DNA of 64,000 nucleotides from a virus, in the IMG/VR virus record IMGVR_UViG_3300027816_000057. One strand, 5' to 3'. Shown in pieces: positions 47,161 to 56,878 of this stretch. The translations under genes were made by a program, and so were the position numbers. Within the stretch, counting starts at the first letter, position 1; every line of letters begins with the position of its first letter. Below the pieces are notes generated by a model. The model was given only the letters and a program-made list of their open reading frames with translations, was not told where the DNA came from and did not search any database.

Positions 47161-47697
47161 ATGGCAGAAAGAACAATAACAAACGGTCAATCTCAAAATA
47201 ATCCTGTAGGATCGCTGAAATTTTCAGGGTCTGAAATACGATCAGAAATGTTTAATACTGTTAATTTAGGTAGTACTAGCGAAGCTAATACTTTAGTCGC
47301 TACCGGTGCTTTAGTTGGAATTCGATTTATTACTACTTCTGTAGGAATACCCGCTGTAACCGGAGAGATTAATCTTATTAATCATCCTTTGGGTGATCCC
47401 GGCAGACCAAGATTAAGCCAAGGTCTAAATATGCAAAACGTAAATCAAGTAGGCTTAATAGCTGGAGGCGGTCATGCCTCTGCAACTTTTGAATTTACCA
47501 GAGATCGACATGGTAGACTTTTCAGTATTGTTTCTAATACAGAGAGTAACGAAAACGATATGACGACCAACGTACAAGACGCTGATAGATTATCCACAGT
47601 TAATAATGATAATTCAGTATCAGCTAGAGGTTATTCAGCATCTGGCGTTGTTCAATACAGAAATGGTAATTCGATTACAAACTACAATATAGTATAA
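47161..47697 (+). CDS. putative virion/structural protein
   Basis: G/S/T/N-rich; paralog of 47707; GTGTATAAT-N5-ATG. Confidence 0.6.
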   Translation: MAERTITNGQSQNNPVGSLKFSGSEIRSEMFNTVNLGSTSEANTLVATGALVGIRFITTSVGIPAVTGEINLINHPLGDPGRPRLSQGLNMQNVNQVGLIAGGGHASATFEFTRDRHGRLFSIVSNTESNENDMTTNVQDADRLSTVNNDNSVSARGYSASGVVQYRNGNSITNYNIV

Positions 47698-47706
47698 AGG
47701 TTAAAA

Positions 47707-48207
47707 ATGTCAAATCAATTAATTAATAATTCTTTACCAAGAAACAATTTTATCGGTGTTACAAGATCAGCCGGTAGTTTAGATTCTAATCGTCAGGCAG
47801 GCGTTTCTGTTCTAGGTAGTAACTTAAGTGGCGATTTACCATTTCCTACAGGCGAGGGATTCTCTTTTATTTCCGGTGCCAGCGTTAGCGGTATAGAACA
47901 AACAGTTACTCTAATTAATAGAAATTTAGGCGATCCTAATAAGACTGGTCCTAAAGGCCAAGTTTCTAATAGAGTCGAGCCTATTGATATTGGCTACGGA
48001 TCAACTTCCGCTGCTTTCGTTAGAGATATTCACGGTAATATCGTTTCACAATCTGACGGTACTTTAGTTAGCAATACAGGTTTAAATCCTTATGTAGCTT
48101 TGTCCGCGACGGGTACGGATAATCAATCATTGATCGGCTACAATCAATCGGGCGTTTATAATTATAATAACGGTGCTAATGTAATTAATCTTAATATGAG
48201 GGAATAA
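47707..48207 (+). CDS. putative virion/structural protein
   Basis: Shares LIN..LGDP, SA.F.RD.HG and GY..SGV..Y.NG with 47161. Confidence 0.6.
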   Translation: MSNQLINNSLPRNNFIGVTRSAGSLDSNRQAGVSVLGSNLSGDLPFPTGEGFSFISGASVSGIEQTVTLINRNLGDPNKTGPKGQVSNRVEPIDIGYGSTSAAFVRDIHGNIVSQSDGTLVSNTGLNPYVALSATGTDNQSLIGYNQSGVYNYNNGANVINLNMRE

Positions 48208-48459
48208 TGTTTTATAGTTCTGAAAAAAAGTTAAGATTCGCCGATTTAAATGTCGGCGATTTTTTTGTAATGGAATATGAAGATAATGATAAATCGGAAT
48301 ATTGTCCTGTTTTAGAAAAAATATCTGATACATCATATAATATAGCTAGATGCGTACATCAACTTAAAAGAGATAATAGAGTATCTAAATACGGAAAACG
48401 TATTCTTAAATTAAGTGGTTCGTGCAGCAATAGTATTATTGTAAAATTTGTAGATAAAA

Positions 48460-48900
48460 ATGAAGTTTAAACTTATAGCCAAGCCGGGTTATATATCTAA
48501 AAAAAATAGAGAAATTCTAGACAAGCTAGATAAAGAATGCTTTAAATACGATCCTTTATATGAAAAAGAAGATTGTTATTGGTGGCTTTTATTTGATAAA
48601 AATCAGCCGGTAGGTTTTGCTGGTTTAAAAATAATCAAAGAAGAGAAATGTGCTTTTTTGTGTCGCGTCGGTATTTCTGAAAAGTATCGAGGAAAAGGGT
48701 ATCAAAAAAGATTTATTAAAATTCGCGAAAGACAATGTAAAAAATTAGGAATATACGATATAATAACCTATACTTATTATAAGACATTAAATTCTGCTAA
48801 TTCACTGATAAGTAGCGGTTATAAGTTATATGAACCGGAAAAACATTGGGCTTCTTTACCAAGAAAAGAAACCTTGTACTTTAAAAAAACTTTACTATGA
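48460..48900 (+). CDS. GNAT acetyltransferase
   Basis: PVGFAG, RVGISEKYRGKG and SANSLI. Confidence 0.85.
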   Translation: MKFKLIAKPGYISKKNREILDKLDKECFKYDPLYEKEDCYWWLLFDKNQPVGFAGLKIIKEEKCAFLCRVGISEKYRGKGYQKRFIKIRERQCKKLGIYDIITYTYYKTLNSANSLISSGYKLYEPEKHWASLPRKETLYFKKTLL

Positions 48901-49532
48901 AATTAATTGTAACAAGCGATCTTCATGGCAATTTACCAGAAATTAGCCAAGATCATGATATCACTATTATTAATGGGGATATTTATCCTGATAAATATTG
49001 GGATTATTATAGAAATCTTGCAATACAAGAAGAATGGCATTATAAGAAATTTGTTCCTTGGCTTAAAAATTTAAAATCAAATCAAATTTTTATTTCGGCT
49101 GGCAACCATGATAATTTTATAGCACATAATATATGTTATCAAAATTGTTTGCCTGATAAATGTATTTATTTTGAAACTTCTGGAATTGAAGTTGACGGTA
49201 AGAAATTTTGGTTTAGTCCTTGGTGTCCCGATATTCCGGGTAGAAATTTTCCTTTTACTAATAGAAAAGAAATATTAGACGCTAACGCTAATTTAATACC
49301 AAAAGATGTTCATATTTTAGTTACACATTGTCCACAGTCTCATGTTTTAGATTTTTGTCCTATACAACAAAGACATTTTGGCTCTACCTCATTAACTGAA
49401 ATAATACCTTCTTTATCGGAATTACAGTTGCATCTTGTAGGGCATATTCACGGAATACAAGAATATATTGTTCACAATGGCAGATTCACAACGATTAATT
49501 CTGCTGAAAGAGTAATAGAATATATACTATAA
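48897..49532 (+). CDS. metallophosphoesterase
   Basis: SDLH, GD, GNHD, THCP and GHIH. Confidence 0.88.
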   Translation: MKLIVTSDLHGNLPEISQDHDITIINGDIYPDKYWDYYRNLAIQEEWHYKKFVPWLKNLKSNQIFISAGNHDNFIAHNICYQNCLPDKCIYFETSGIEVDGKKFWFSPWCPDIPGRNFPFTNRKEILDANANLIPKDVHILVTHCPQSHVLDFCPIQQRHFGSTSLTEIIPSLSELQLHLVGHIHGIQEYIVHNGRFTTINSAERVIEYIL

Positions 49533-49803
49533 GGAATATATATGAATAATGATAATGAAAAAATAGCACAAGAAGTACAAGATTTAGGTAAAAAAATAGA
49601 AAATTTTGCTTTTTTAAGCACGGAAGAAATCCTTGGTCGATTAGAAAAAATTAGAAAAAAACTAAAGATAAAAGATTCACTAGAATCTTTATACCATGTT
49701 TATAGAGATCAACAGACTATATTAACCGAATTTGTAATTCAAGGTATGAATGTATCTAATAATCAAGTGGCTAATCATCAAGAGGAAGGATTTGAGGTAA
49801 CAG

Positions 49804-50235
49804 ATGAATAAAATAAAAATTAAATTAAATCATGCGGACGCGGTAATACCAGTAAAAGCTAACGAGGATGACGCCGGATATGATTTATTTGCAGCAACCG
49901 ATCCAGTATTTAATGGTCAATATTTAGAATATGATACCGGAATTTCTATCGAGCCTCCTTCGGGTTATTATACCGAAGTTGTTCCAAGAAGTAGTATTTC
50001 TAAATATGATCTATTACTATGTAATAGCGTTGGCATAATTGATCCATCGTATAGAGGTAATATTAAACTTCGATTTAAAGTTACTCAGCCTTATGAAAAC
50101 GCTCTAATATACAAAAAGGGTGATAGAATAGGTCAATTAATTCTTAGATCATTGTTGACAAGCGAGTTTGAGTTAGTATCTGATTTAACTGAAACATCAA
50201 GAGGAAGCGGCGGATTTGGATCAACTGGAAGATAA
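49804..50235 (+). CDS. dut: dUTPase
   Basis: AGYDL, PRSS, GIID..YRG and RGSGGFGSTG. Confidence 0.95.
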   Translation: MNKIKIKLNHADAVIPVKANEDDAGYDLFAATDPVFNGQYLEYDTGISIEPPSGYYTEVVPRSSISKYDLLLCNSVGIIDPSYRGNIKLRFKVTQPYENALIYKKGDRIGQLILRSLLTSEFELVSDLTETSRGSGGFGSTGR

Positions 50236-50236
50236 T

Positions 50237-50638
50237 ATGCTTATTTCTTTAAAAGAAACAAAAGAAGTTCAAAAAACAATTAGTCATGTAACTATTCAAT
50301 ATCAATCTAGATATGATGATACCGCACCCGCCTACAAGGAAGATGCGATTGTTACTTTAAAAATTTCCCCTCATGGAAAAATTTTACAATCATCGTATCC
50401 AATTGAAGATGAAGTAAATATATTTGAAAAAGTTGTAGATTGCGGAACATACAGTATTAATTTTGGCAAATACGATTCTTTTATTATTGAGAATAATTAT
50501 GTACCATCTTGGATTCCCGGAAAATATGGTGATTATATTAATTTAGAAATTAAAAATGGTGTAATTACTAATTGGCTGCGATATTTTACAGAACAACATA
50601 TTAGAGAATCGTATGAGTCTCAAAACAATGATTTTTAA
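50237..50638 (+). CDS. hypothetical protein
   Basis: YVP..IPG.YGDYI.L.I motif. Confidence 0.65.
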   Translation: MLISLKETKEVQKTISHVTIQYQSRYDDTAPAYKEDAIVTLKISPHGKILQSSYPIEDEVNIFEKVVDCGTYSINFGKYDSFIIENNYVPSWIPGKYGDYINLEIKNGVITNWLRYFTEQHIRESYESQNNDF

Positions 50639-51329
50639 TAGTATATTATTTTGGTCTTTATTTATAAGCGGATGCAATTTACATCCGCCGGTTGAAGATA
50701 ATGGTAATATTAAATATTTTTTTATTGATGTAACAGTTGAAAGAACAGAACATGAAGTATATCAAATTCCTTTTAAAGAACCTTTTAATGTAAGATTATC
50801 AAAAAAAGAAGAAGATTTTATTGCTTGGATAGCTAAAGTAAATGACAAATTTGAAGATTCTGGAATACAATTTTATTTAAGAAATTTTAAAGAGATTCCG
50901 CCTCAAAAAATTGAAAATAAAAACTTTTTTTTGATGTTAAAAGAATATGGATTAAATAACGAAGCTATTCAGATTTATTATTATTGCAACCCATCAGTTT
51001 TAGCTGGTATATCATCGTTTCCTTGGGAAAAAAATAATAATTTTATTTATTTAACTTGGCAACACAATGATTCAGATAACAGCTATACTCTGTCACATGA
51101 ATTAGGTCATTACTTTGGAATAAGACATATATTTGATCCTAAAAATGATATACCCGATGTTCGGTTTTATGAAAAAAATGATCCCGCTGGTTTTGATTAT
51201 CCAAATATAATGAATTATACATTATATAATATTGATTATCTAAGTTTTACCGCAGGACAACTTGAAAGAATACGATACAACGCCTTGTTTTATCGAAAGG
51301 ATATGATAGCGTTTGAAATCGATCCATGA
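50628..51329 (+). CDS. metzincin (M43-like) zinc metalloprotease, lipoprotein-like
   Basis: HELGHYFGIRH; NIMNY Met-turn; ISGC lipobox-like. Confidence 0.8.
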   Translation: MIFNSILFWSLFISGCNLHPPVEDNGNIKYFFIDVTVERTEHEVYQIPFKEPFNVRLSKKEEDFIAWIAKVNDKFEDSGIQFYLRNFKEIPPQKIENKNFFLMLKEYGLNNEAIQIYYYCNPSVLAGISSFPWEKNNNFIYLTWQHNDSDNSYTLSHELGHYFGIRHIFDPKNDIPDVRFYEKNDPAGFDYPNIMNYTLYNIDYLSFTAGQLERIRYNALFYRKDMIAFEIDP

Positions 51330-51816
51330 TTATGAATCTATCGGAATTTTTTCCGATAATAGATTTGTCGCAAAAAATGAAAGATTATCGTGGGATGAGT
51401 ATTTTCTTAATATCGCTTTTCTTGTTGCGGAAAGATCGCACGATTCACAAACAAAACACGGCTGCGTTTTTGTAAAAAATAATCAAATAATAAGTACCGG
51501 TTATAATGGTTTTCCCGGTGGTTCACCCGATGACATTATACCAAATGTAAGACCATATAAATATGATTTTATACATCACGCAGAAGATAATGCTATTTTT
51601 CAAGCAGCTAAATTAGGATTAACTTTAGATGGTTGTGTAGCATATATTACCGGTATGCCGTGTTGCAGATGTTTACCTAAATTAATTAGTGTTGGTATTA
51701 AAAAAATACACATTGGCGATAGAATACATCAACAAACCGAAAAAGATAAATTGTTGCAAGATTTTTGGATTTCTCAGTTTAAATTGGAGATAATAAAAAA
51801 TGGAATTAACCGATAA
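51313..51816 (+). CDS. dCMP deaminase
   Basis: WDEYFL, TGYNG, HAEDNA and PCCRC. Confidence 0.92.
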   Translation: MKSIHDYESIGIFSDNRFVAKNERLSWDEYFLNIAFLVAERSHDSQTKHGCVFVKNNQIISTGYNGFPGGSPDDIIPNVRPYKYDFIHHAEDNAIFQAAKLGLTLDGCVAYITGMPCCRCLPKLISVGIKKIHIGDRIHQQTEKDKLLQDFWISQFKLEIIKNGINR

Positions 51817-53173
51817 TATACTTTTACAGTCAGATAGTTATAAATATTCAATGCATAATCAGTACCCTTCGGGCACTGAATATGTTTATGAATATATGGA
51901 AAGTCGGAAAAACTCGGAATATCCCGATACGGTATTTTTTGGACTTCAATATTATTTAATGAGATATTTAAGTAAACCTGTTACCAAAAAAGAGGTTGAA
52001 TACGCTAGAGATTTTTTCGCACAACACTTCGGTAAAGAGGTATTTAATTATGACGGTTGGATGTATATTGTAGAAAAACACGGCGGATATCTACCTGTTA
52101 CTATTCGATCGGTTGACGAAGGATCGGTTATTCCAATTGACAATGTTCTAATGACGATAGAAAATACCGACCCTAATTGTTTTTGGCTAACTACCTTTCT
52201 AGAGACATTGCTTCTTAAAGTTTGGTATCCTTCAACCGTCGCCACCATTAGTTATTTCAATAAACAAGAGATTCTTAATAATCTAATAGCAACCGGAGAT
52301 CCTTCTTTAATTGATTTTAAGCTGCATGATTTTGGATTCCGAGGAGTTTCATCCTGTGAATCAGCCGCCCTTGGTGGTGCCGGGCATCTAATAAACTTTA
52401 AAGGAACCGATACGGTATTGGCTCTAGAATTAATACGTCAATATTACGACATTGATATGGTCGGTTTTTCTATTCCGGCTATGGAACATTCTACTGTTAC
52501 ATCTTGGGGAGAGAAAAATGAGTCCGCTGCATACGCTAATATGTTGAATAAATATCCAGACGGATTAGTAGCTTGTGTTAGCGATAGTTATGATATCTTT
52601 AACGCTTGCGAAAATATCTTTGGCGAAGAATTAAAAGATTTAGTTGTCAACAGAAAAGGATGTTTGGTCATTAGACCAGATTCTGGTGAACCTACATTAG
52701 TTTTGATGAAGATTCTTCCTAAATTAGAGGCTAAATTTGGCTCTACAATAAATAGTAAAGGATACAAGGTATTACCTCCTTATGTTAGGATTATTTGGGG
52801 CGACGGTATTGATTCTAAGTCTATCCCTTTTATTTTACGAAATCTGAAAGATTTAGGATGGTCCGGCGATAATCTAGCTTTTGGTTCTGGAGGCGGATTA
52901 TTGCAAAAACTAAATAGAGATACACAATCATTTGCTATTAAGTGTTCATCTATTACTGTATTAGGTAATCAAATTAATGTATATAAAAATCCAGTTACTC
53001 AATCTTCTAAACAAAGCAAGAGAGGTAGACTAGATTTAGATTTAATCGCGGGTAAATATATTACCGTGCCAGAAGGTACAGCTATTAATAGTCAGCTAAA
53101 AACTCGATTCCATAATGGAAAACTATTTAATTTAATTTCGTTTAACCAAATAAGGAAAAACGCGAGCAAATGA
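51800..53173 (+). CDS. nadV: nicotinamide phosphoribosyltransferase
   Basis: DSYK, HDFGFRG, EHS, VSDSYD, RPDSG and GSGGGLLQ. Confidence 0.95.
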   Translation: MELTDNILLQSDSYKYSMHNQYPSGTEYVYEYMESRKNSEYPDTVFFGLQYYLMRYLSKPVTKKEVEYARDFFAQHFGKEVFNYDGWMYIVEKHGGYLPVTIRSVDEGSVIPIDNVLMTIENTDPNCFWLTTFLETLLLKVWYPSTVATISYFNKQEILNNLIATGDPSLIDFKLHDFGFRGVSSCESAALGGAGHLINFKGTDTVLALELIRQYYDIDMVGFSIPAMEHSTVTSWGEKNESAAYANMLNKYPDGLVACVSDSYDIFNACENIFGEELKDLVVNRKGCLVIRPDSGEPTLVLMKILPKLEAKFGSTINSKGYKVLPPYVRIIWGDGIDSKSIPFILRNLKDLGWSGDNLAFGSGGGLLQKLNRDTQSFAIKCSSITVLGNQINVYKNPVTQSSKQSKRGRLDLDLIAGKYITVPEGTAINSQLKTRFHNGKLFNLISFNQIRKNASK

Positions 53174-53811
53174 TCCACTTTACTTGTTGCACTCATTTTT
53201 TTGATGATAGACTAGAGTTACTAGGTAGACCATTTTCTTCAGTAGAGGAAATGAACAGTCATATCGTTGAAAACTGGAATAAAAAAGTTAAACCAGATGA
53301 TGAGGTTTACCATCTTGGGGACGCTATAAAATTTGATAGATTTGATATTGAAGATGATGCGAATGGTTATCCTCTAAAAATATCGGATGAAAATTTAGAA
53401 AAAATTTCTATATTAGGTCGTTTGAATGGTAAAAAACACCTTATATTAGGAAATTATGATCCGTCTTTAGATAAAACCAATTTTTATTTTCAAGAATATT
53501 CAAAATACTTTCTATCGATTTCTAATAACTTCTCATTAGATGTTAACGAACGAGATTTAACCTTTAAGTTATTTTTAACTCATAAACCGATTCATGCGGT
53601 AAAAGACAGATTTAATATCGTCGGACATATTCATGGTGCTTGGAAAATACAACGTAATATGTTAAATGTTTGTCAAGACGCACATCATTATTATCCGGTA
53701 TCTTTTGACAAAATATTATTTTATTATCAAGGTATATCAAAAGGATACTTTGATGAAAATGTTTTTTGTCAAGAATCAGCAGCAAACAAAACAACCGCCC
53801 GAATTATCTAA
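53170..53811 (+). CDS. calcineurin-like phosphoesterase
   Basis: THF, HLGD, LGNYD and GHIH. Confidence 0.8.
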   Translation: MIHFTCCTHFFDDRLELLGRPFSSVEEMNSHIVENWNKKVKPDDEVYHLGDAIKFDRFDIEDDANGYPLKISDENLEKISILGRLNGKKHLILGNYDPSLDKTNFYFQEYSKYFLSISNNFSLDVNERDLTFKLFLTHKPIHAVKDRFNIVGHIHGAWKIQRNMLNVCQDAHHYYPVSFDKILFYYQGISKGYFDENVFCQESAANKTTARII

Positions 53812-53839
53812 AATTTTTGAAAAACAGGATATAATAATT

Positions 53840-54097
53840 ATGAAAATTACAGTAAAAGAATCATCAGAACAAATATTTAATTTTACTTTAAATGATATTA
53901 AAAAATGTGATGGAATTTATCAAGCAAGATGGAGAGATGATTCTTATCAAGAAGTGTGTTATGTTTTAGTTATAAATTCTACTCCTTATACATGCTGTAA
54001 TGCAGAAACTTTTGGATTTAATCAGAATACTATTTTTTCTAATCCAAACTATAGATTTAGAAAATTAGATAACGCGGAAGTAACGCTTAAATTTTAA
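53840..54097 (+). CDS. small beta-rich paralog family member (leaderless)
   Basis: MKITV...DGIY...YRFRKL. Confidence 0.7.
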   Translation: MKITVKESSEQIFNFTLNDIKKCDGIYQARWRDDSYQEVCYVLVINSTPYTCCNAETFGFNQNTIFSNPNYRFRKLDNAEVTLKF

Positions 54098-54102
54098 TTT
54101 AT

Positions 54103-54177
54103 TGGGTTTTGGTGTCATTCGGCTTAGCACTTCTGGTTGTGATCCAGAGAGACAGGGTTCGATGCCCTGAAACCCTA
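54103..54177 (+). tRNA. tRNA-His(GTG)
   Basis: GGGTTT/AAACCC; anticodon arm TCTGG-TTGTGAT-CCAGA; T arm CAGGG-TTCGATG-CCCTG. Confidence 0.85.
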
Positions 54178-54179
54178 TT

Positions 54180-54524
54180 ATGAAAAAGAAATATAAAGAT
54201 GCTTGGATCAAAGCTTTACGTTCTGGACGCTATAAACAATGCCGCGAGCAATTACGCGACGGAGAGGGATACTGTTGTTTGGGTGTTTTAGCAAGAATTA
54301 ACGGATCATCTAAAAAAGATTTGGAAAGTCAAGCATCTGATTTAGATGATGGAGTCTGTATTACAGATTTAAACCTAAGTATTATACTTCATGGACAACT
54401 TTCTGATTCTTTCTTAAAGAAGGTTGGTATAAAAACAACTGAACAATCACGATTGATTAAATTAAATGATGATCTTAGTTACGATTTTATTGGTATCGCA
54501 GATTATATAGAAGATAATTTATAA
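54180..54524 (+). CDS. hypothetical protein (WxKALRSG family)
   Basis: Tandem paralog of 54533; ATG 2 nt after tRNA-His. Confidence 0.75.
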   Translation: MKKKYKDAWIKALRSGRYKQCREQLRDGEGYCCLGVLARINGSSKKDLESQASDLDDGVCITDLNLSIILHGQLSDSFLKKVGIKTTEQSRLIKLNDDLSYDFIGIADYIEDNL

Positions 54525-54532
54525 AGGAAAAT

Positions 54533-54853
54533 ATGAATAAAATAATTAAAAATAAATGGGTTAAAGCGTTACGGTCTGGTAGATATAAGCAGTGCCAAGA
54601 TTATCTTTGTAATGGTGCTGGCTATTGTTGTCTTGGTATTTTGGCAAGAATTAGCGGATGTTCTAAACATAAACTAGTAGAAGACACTATTAATACGGAC
54701 TATCGAAAAGATCAAAACGGTGATCAACTTTTATCATCTAAATTTCTTAGAGAAGTAGGGATGAAAAAAGAAACCCAACTTAATCTAGCTTTAATGAATG
54801 ATGAGCAAAAATCTTTTGAGGAAATCGCCGACTATATTGAAAAGAGACTATAA
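54533..54853 (+). CDS. hypothetical protein (WxKALRSG family)
   Basis: WVKALRSGRYKQC...GYCCLG. Confidence 0.75.
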   Translation: MNKIIKNKWVKALRSGRYKQCQDYLCNGAGYCCLGILARISGCSKHKLVEDTINTDYRKDQNGDQLLSSKFLREVGMKKETQLNLALMNDEQKSFEEIADYIEKRL

Positions 54854-54854
54854 T

Positions 54855-55085
54855 ATGAAAATTAATTTTAATATAAATGATGATTCAAAATACAATCTAT
54901 CTTTAAGAGATATTCAAAAGAAAAATGGCGTATATTCTACCAGCCTCCCCACAGAGAATAAGCATAAAAGTTATGCGTTTGTTTTAAATGGTCTAGTTTA
55001 TACAGAAAACGGTGATGATTTTTTGAATGGTTTATATAAATTTAAATATATACCAAACGGATCAATAACTATTAATTTTGATTGA
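54855..55085 (+). CDS. small beta-rich paralog family member
   Basis: MKINF...NGVY...YKFKY. Confidence 0.65.
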   Translation: MKINFNINDDSKYNLSLRDIQKKNGVYSTSLPTENKHKSYAFVLNGLVYTENGDDFLNGLYKFKYIPNGSITINFD

Positions 55086-55102
55086 TTTTTAAGAGAGAAA
55101 AT

Positions 55103-55579
55103 ATGGATAAAATACAACAATTAGTCACATCATATAAAAAACAAAAAATTACTTTTATCCTTATGGGTGGTGGTGCCGAGTTAGCTGGTATTATAAAGTA
55201 TCCCGGTGCGTCCGCTTTGATAAATAATATTTTTATTCCTTATAATTCGCCAGATTTTTTATCGGCGTATGATATAGAATATAATAAAATTGTTTCACAA
55301 GAAACAAATAATCGTATTATTGAAGCTTTTAGAGATAATAATGATATTACTGTTGTAGTAAACGCTTCGTTAACCACAAATAGAATTCGTAAAGGTGTAA
55401 ACGAGGCTTTTATCTCAATTGATATACCGGGAAAATCTACTATCCATAAACATTTGATTTTTGACAAATTTACAGAAGAACAAAGTTATCAAATATTTTT
55501 TGCTAAACGTTCACAAGAAGATTCAGAGATTTTTGATTTTGTTATTAACACACTAAAGGAATACAATGAAACCAATTAA
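55103..55579 (+). CDS. CinA/PncC-like domain protein
   Basis: GGGA....PGAS...IPY, ASL.T...KG...A.I and R..ED motifs. Confidence 0.55.
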   Translation: MDKIQQLVTSYKKQKITFILMGGGAELAGIIKYPGASALINNIFIPYNSPDFLSAYDIEYNKIVSQETNNRIIEAFRDNNDITVVVNASLTTNRIRKGVNEAFISIDIPGKSTIHKHLIFDKFTEEQSYQIFFAKRSQEDSEIFDFVINTLKEYNETN

Positions 55580-55922
55580 TGTCAATCGAAAGAATTTAGT
55601 TAGTAAATTAATCGCTAATAGAGAATTGCATATCTCAAATTACAAAAGAGCGATTACAGGATATTATAAAGAACGTAATTGTATAATTAAAGAAATGTTC
55701 GATAAAGTTATGAATAATGTGGATTTTTCTCATAACGAGATGTTGGCCGAATTAGATAAACCTTCTTCGCACGAAAAAGATTATGACGCATATATTGAAA
55801 TGTACTCAAATTCCGTCGATGAAACGATAGAATTAGCTGAGCAAGAATTCAAAATGCTATTCCTAGATCAATGGAATTGGCATCAAAGATTTAATGATAG
55901 CGTGACAAAATATGTCAAGTAA
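55566..55922 (+). CDS. conserved hypothetical phage protein
   Basis: P.SH.KDYD..I.M...DQWNW motif. Confidence 0.7.
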   Translation: MKPINVNRKNLVSKLIANRELHISNYKRAITGYYKERNCIIKEMFDKVMNNVDFSHNEMLAELDKPSSHEKDYDAYIEMYSNSVDETIELAEQEFKMLFLDQWNWHQRFNDSVTKYVK

Positions 55923-56511
55923 TTTTAAAGATAAAGTCAATCAAGGCTTAATTATCCATGAGGATGGTAAAGAAGAATTACTATCTTCTTATTTACAGCA
56001 AACTTCAGTACTTCATATATATAGCGGATCATTTAATCCGTTGCATGATGGACACAGAGAAATATTTGACTCTATATCAGATAATACTCCATTAGCACGA
56101 AAAATATTTGAAATATCTACATTGAGAGTTGGAAAAGAAGATTTAACTGAATTTGAAGTTATTGAAAGAACAAAACAATTTGATTATTATGCCAAACTGC
56201 TTGTAACAGATCAATCTTTGTTTATTGATAAATTAAAAGTAATTAAGAATCAAAACAGCGATTGCTCTGTAATTTTCCATATTGGAGACGACACTTTTAT
56301 TAGGCTTGCACAACATCATACACAGAAAGAATTATCAAAATTTGATTGTAAATTCGTAGTCTATCCTAGATCAAGAGAAAAACTACTAGAATATAGACAG
56401 TTGTGCAGATATCAAGAATTTTTTGGTAATTTTTACTGTGATAATTTTATGTTTAATCTTCAAAATAGAAGATATTACAATCTTTCGTCTACCGAAATTA
56501 GAAATAGATAA
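55912..56511 (+). CDS. NadD-like HxGH nucleotidyltransferase (putative NMN/NaMN adenylyltransferase)
   Basis: SGSFNPLHDGH, IGDDT and LSSTEIR. Confidence 0.8.
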   Translation: MSSNFKDKVNQGLIIHEDGKEELLSSYLQQTSVLHIYSGSFNPLHDGHREIFDSISDNTPLARKIFEISTLRVGKEDLTEFEVIERTKQFDYYAKLLVTDQSLFIDKLKVIKNQNSDCSVIFHIGDDTFIRLAQHHTQKELSKFDCKFVVYPRSREKLLEYRQLCRYQEFFGNFYCDNFMFNLQNRRYYNLSSTEIRNR

Positions 56512-56517
56512 ATATTT

Positions 56518-56600
56518 GCCGTCGTGTACCGAATTGGTATGGTACCGGTTTTGTAAACCGGCGAGGAAACTCATTGCAGGTTCAAGTCCTGTCGGCGGCT
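56518..56600 (+). tRNA. tRNA-Thr(TGT) with long variable arm
   Basis: GCCGTCG/CGGCGGC; anticodon arm CCGGT-TTTGTAA-ACCGG; V-arm GAG-GAAA-CTC. Confidence 0.85.
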
Positions 56601-56878
56601 TTATATTGAGATTTAATTAATGAGTAAGAAAAAGTATCCAACAATTTTGACTGGCAACGATTATGCTATATCTAAAGAATTAAAAACAAGAAAACATAAA
56701 TTTGAAATTAAAAAAGCGAATATAGGATATATTTATGGTAAAAATTGTGGATATAAAAAATTGATACTTTTATATCGAGATTCTTTCCCTTCTAAACTAT
56801 CAATACAAAGATTAATTAAAAATAGAAATTTACCTTGGCCTGATTCAAAAATGTTAATCAACACGATAGAATATAAAT

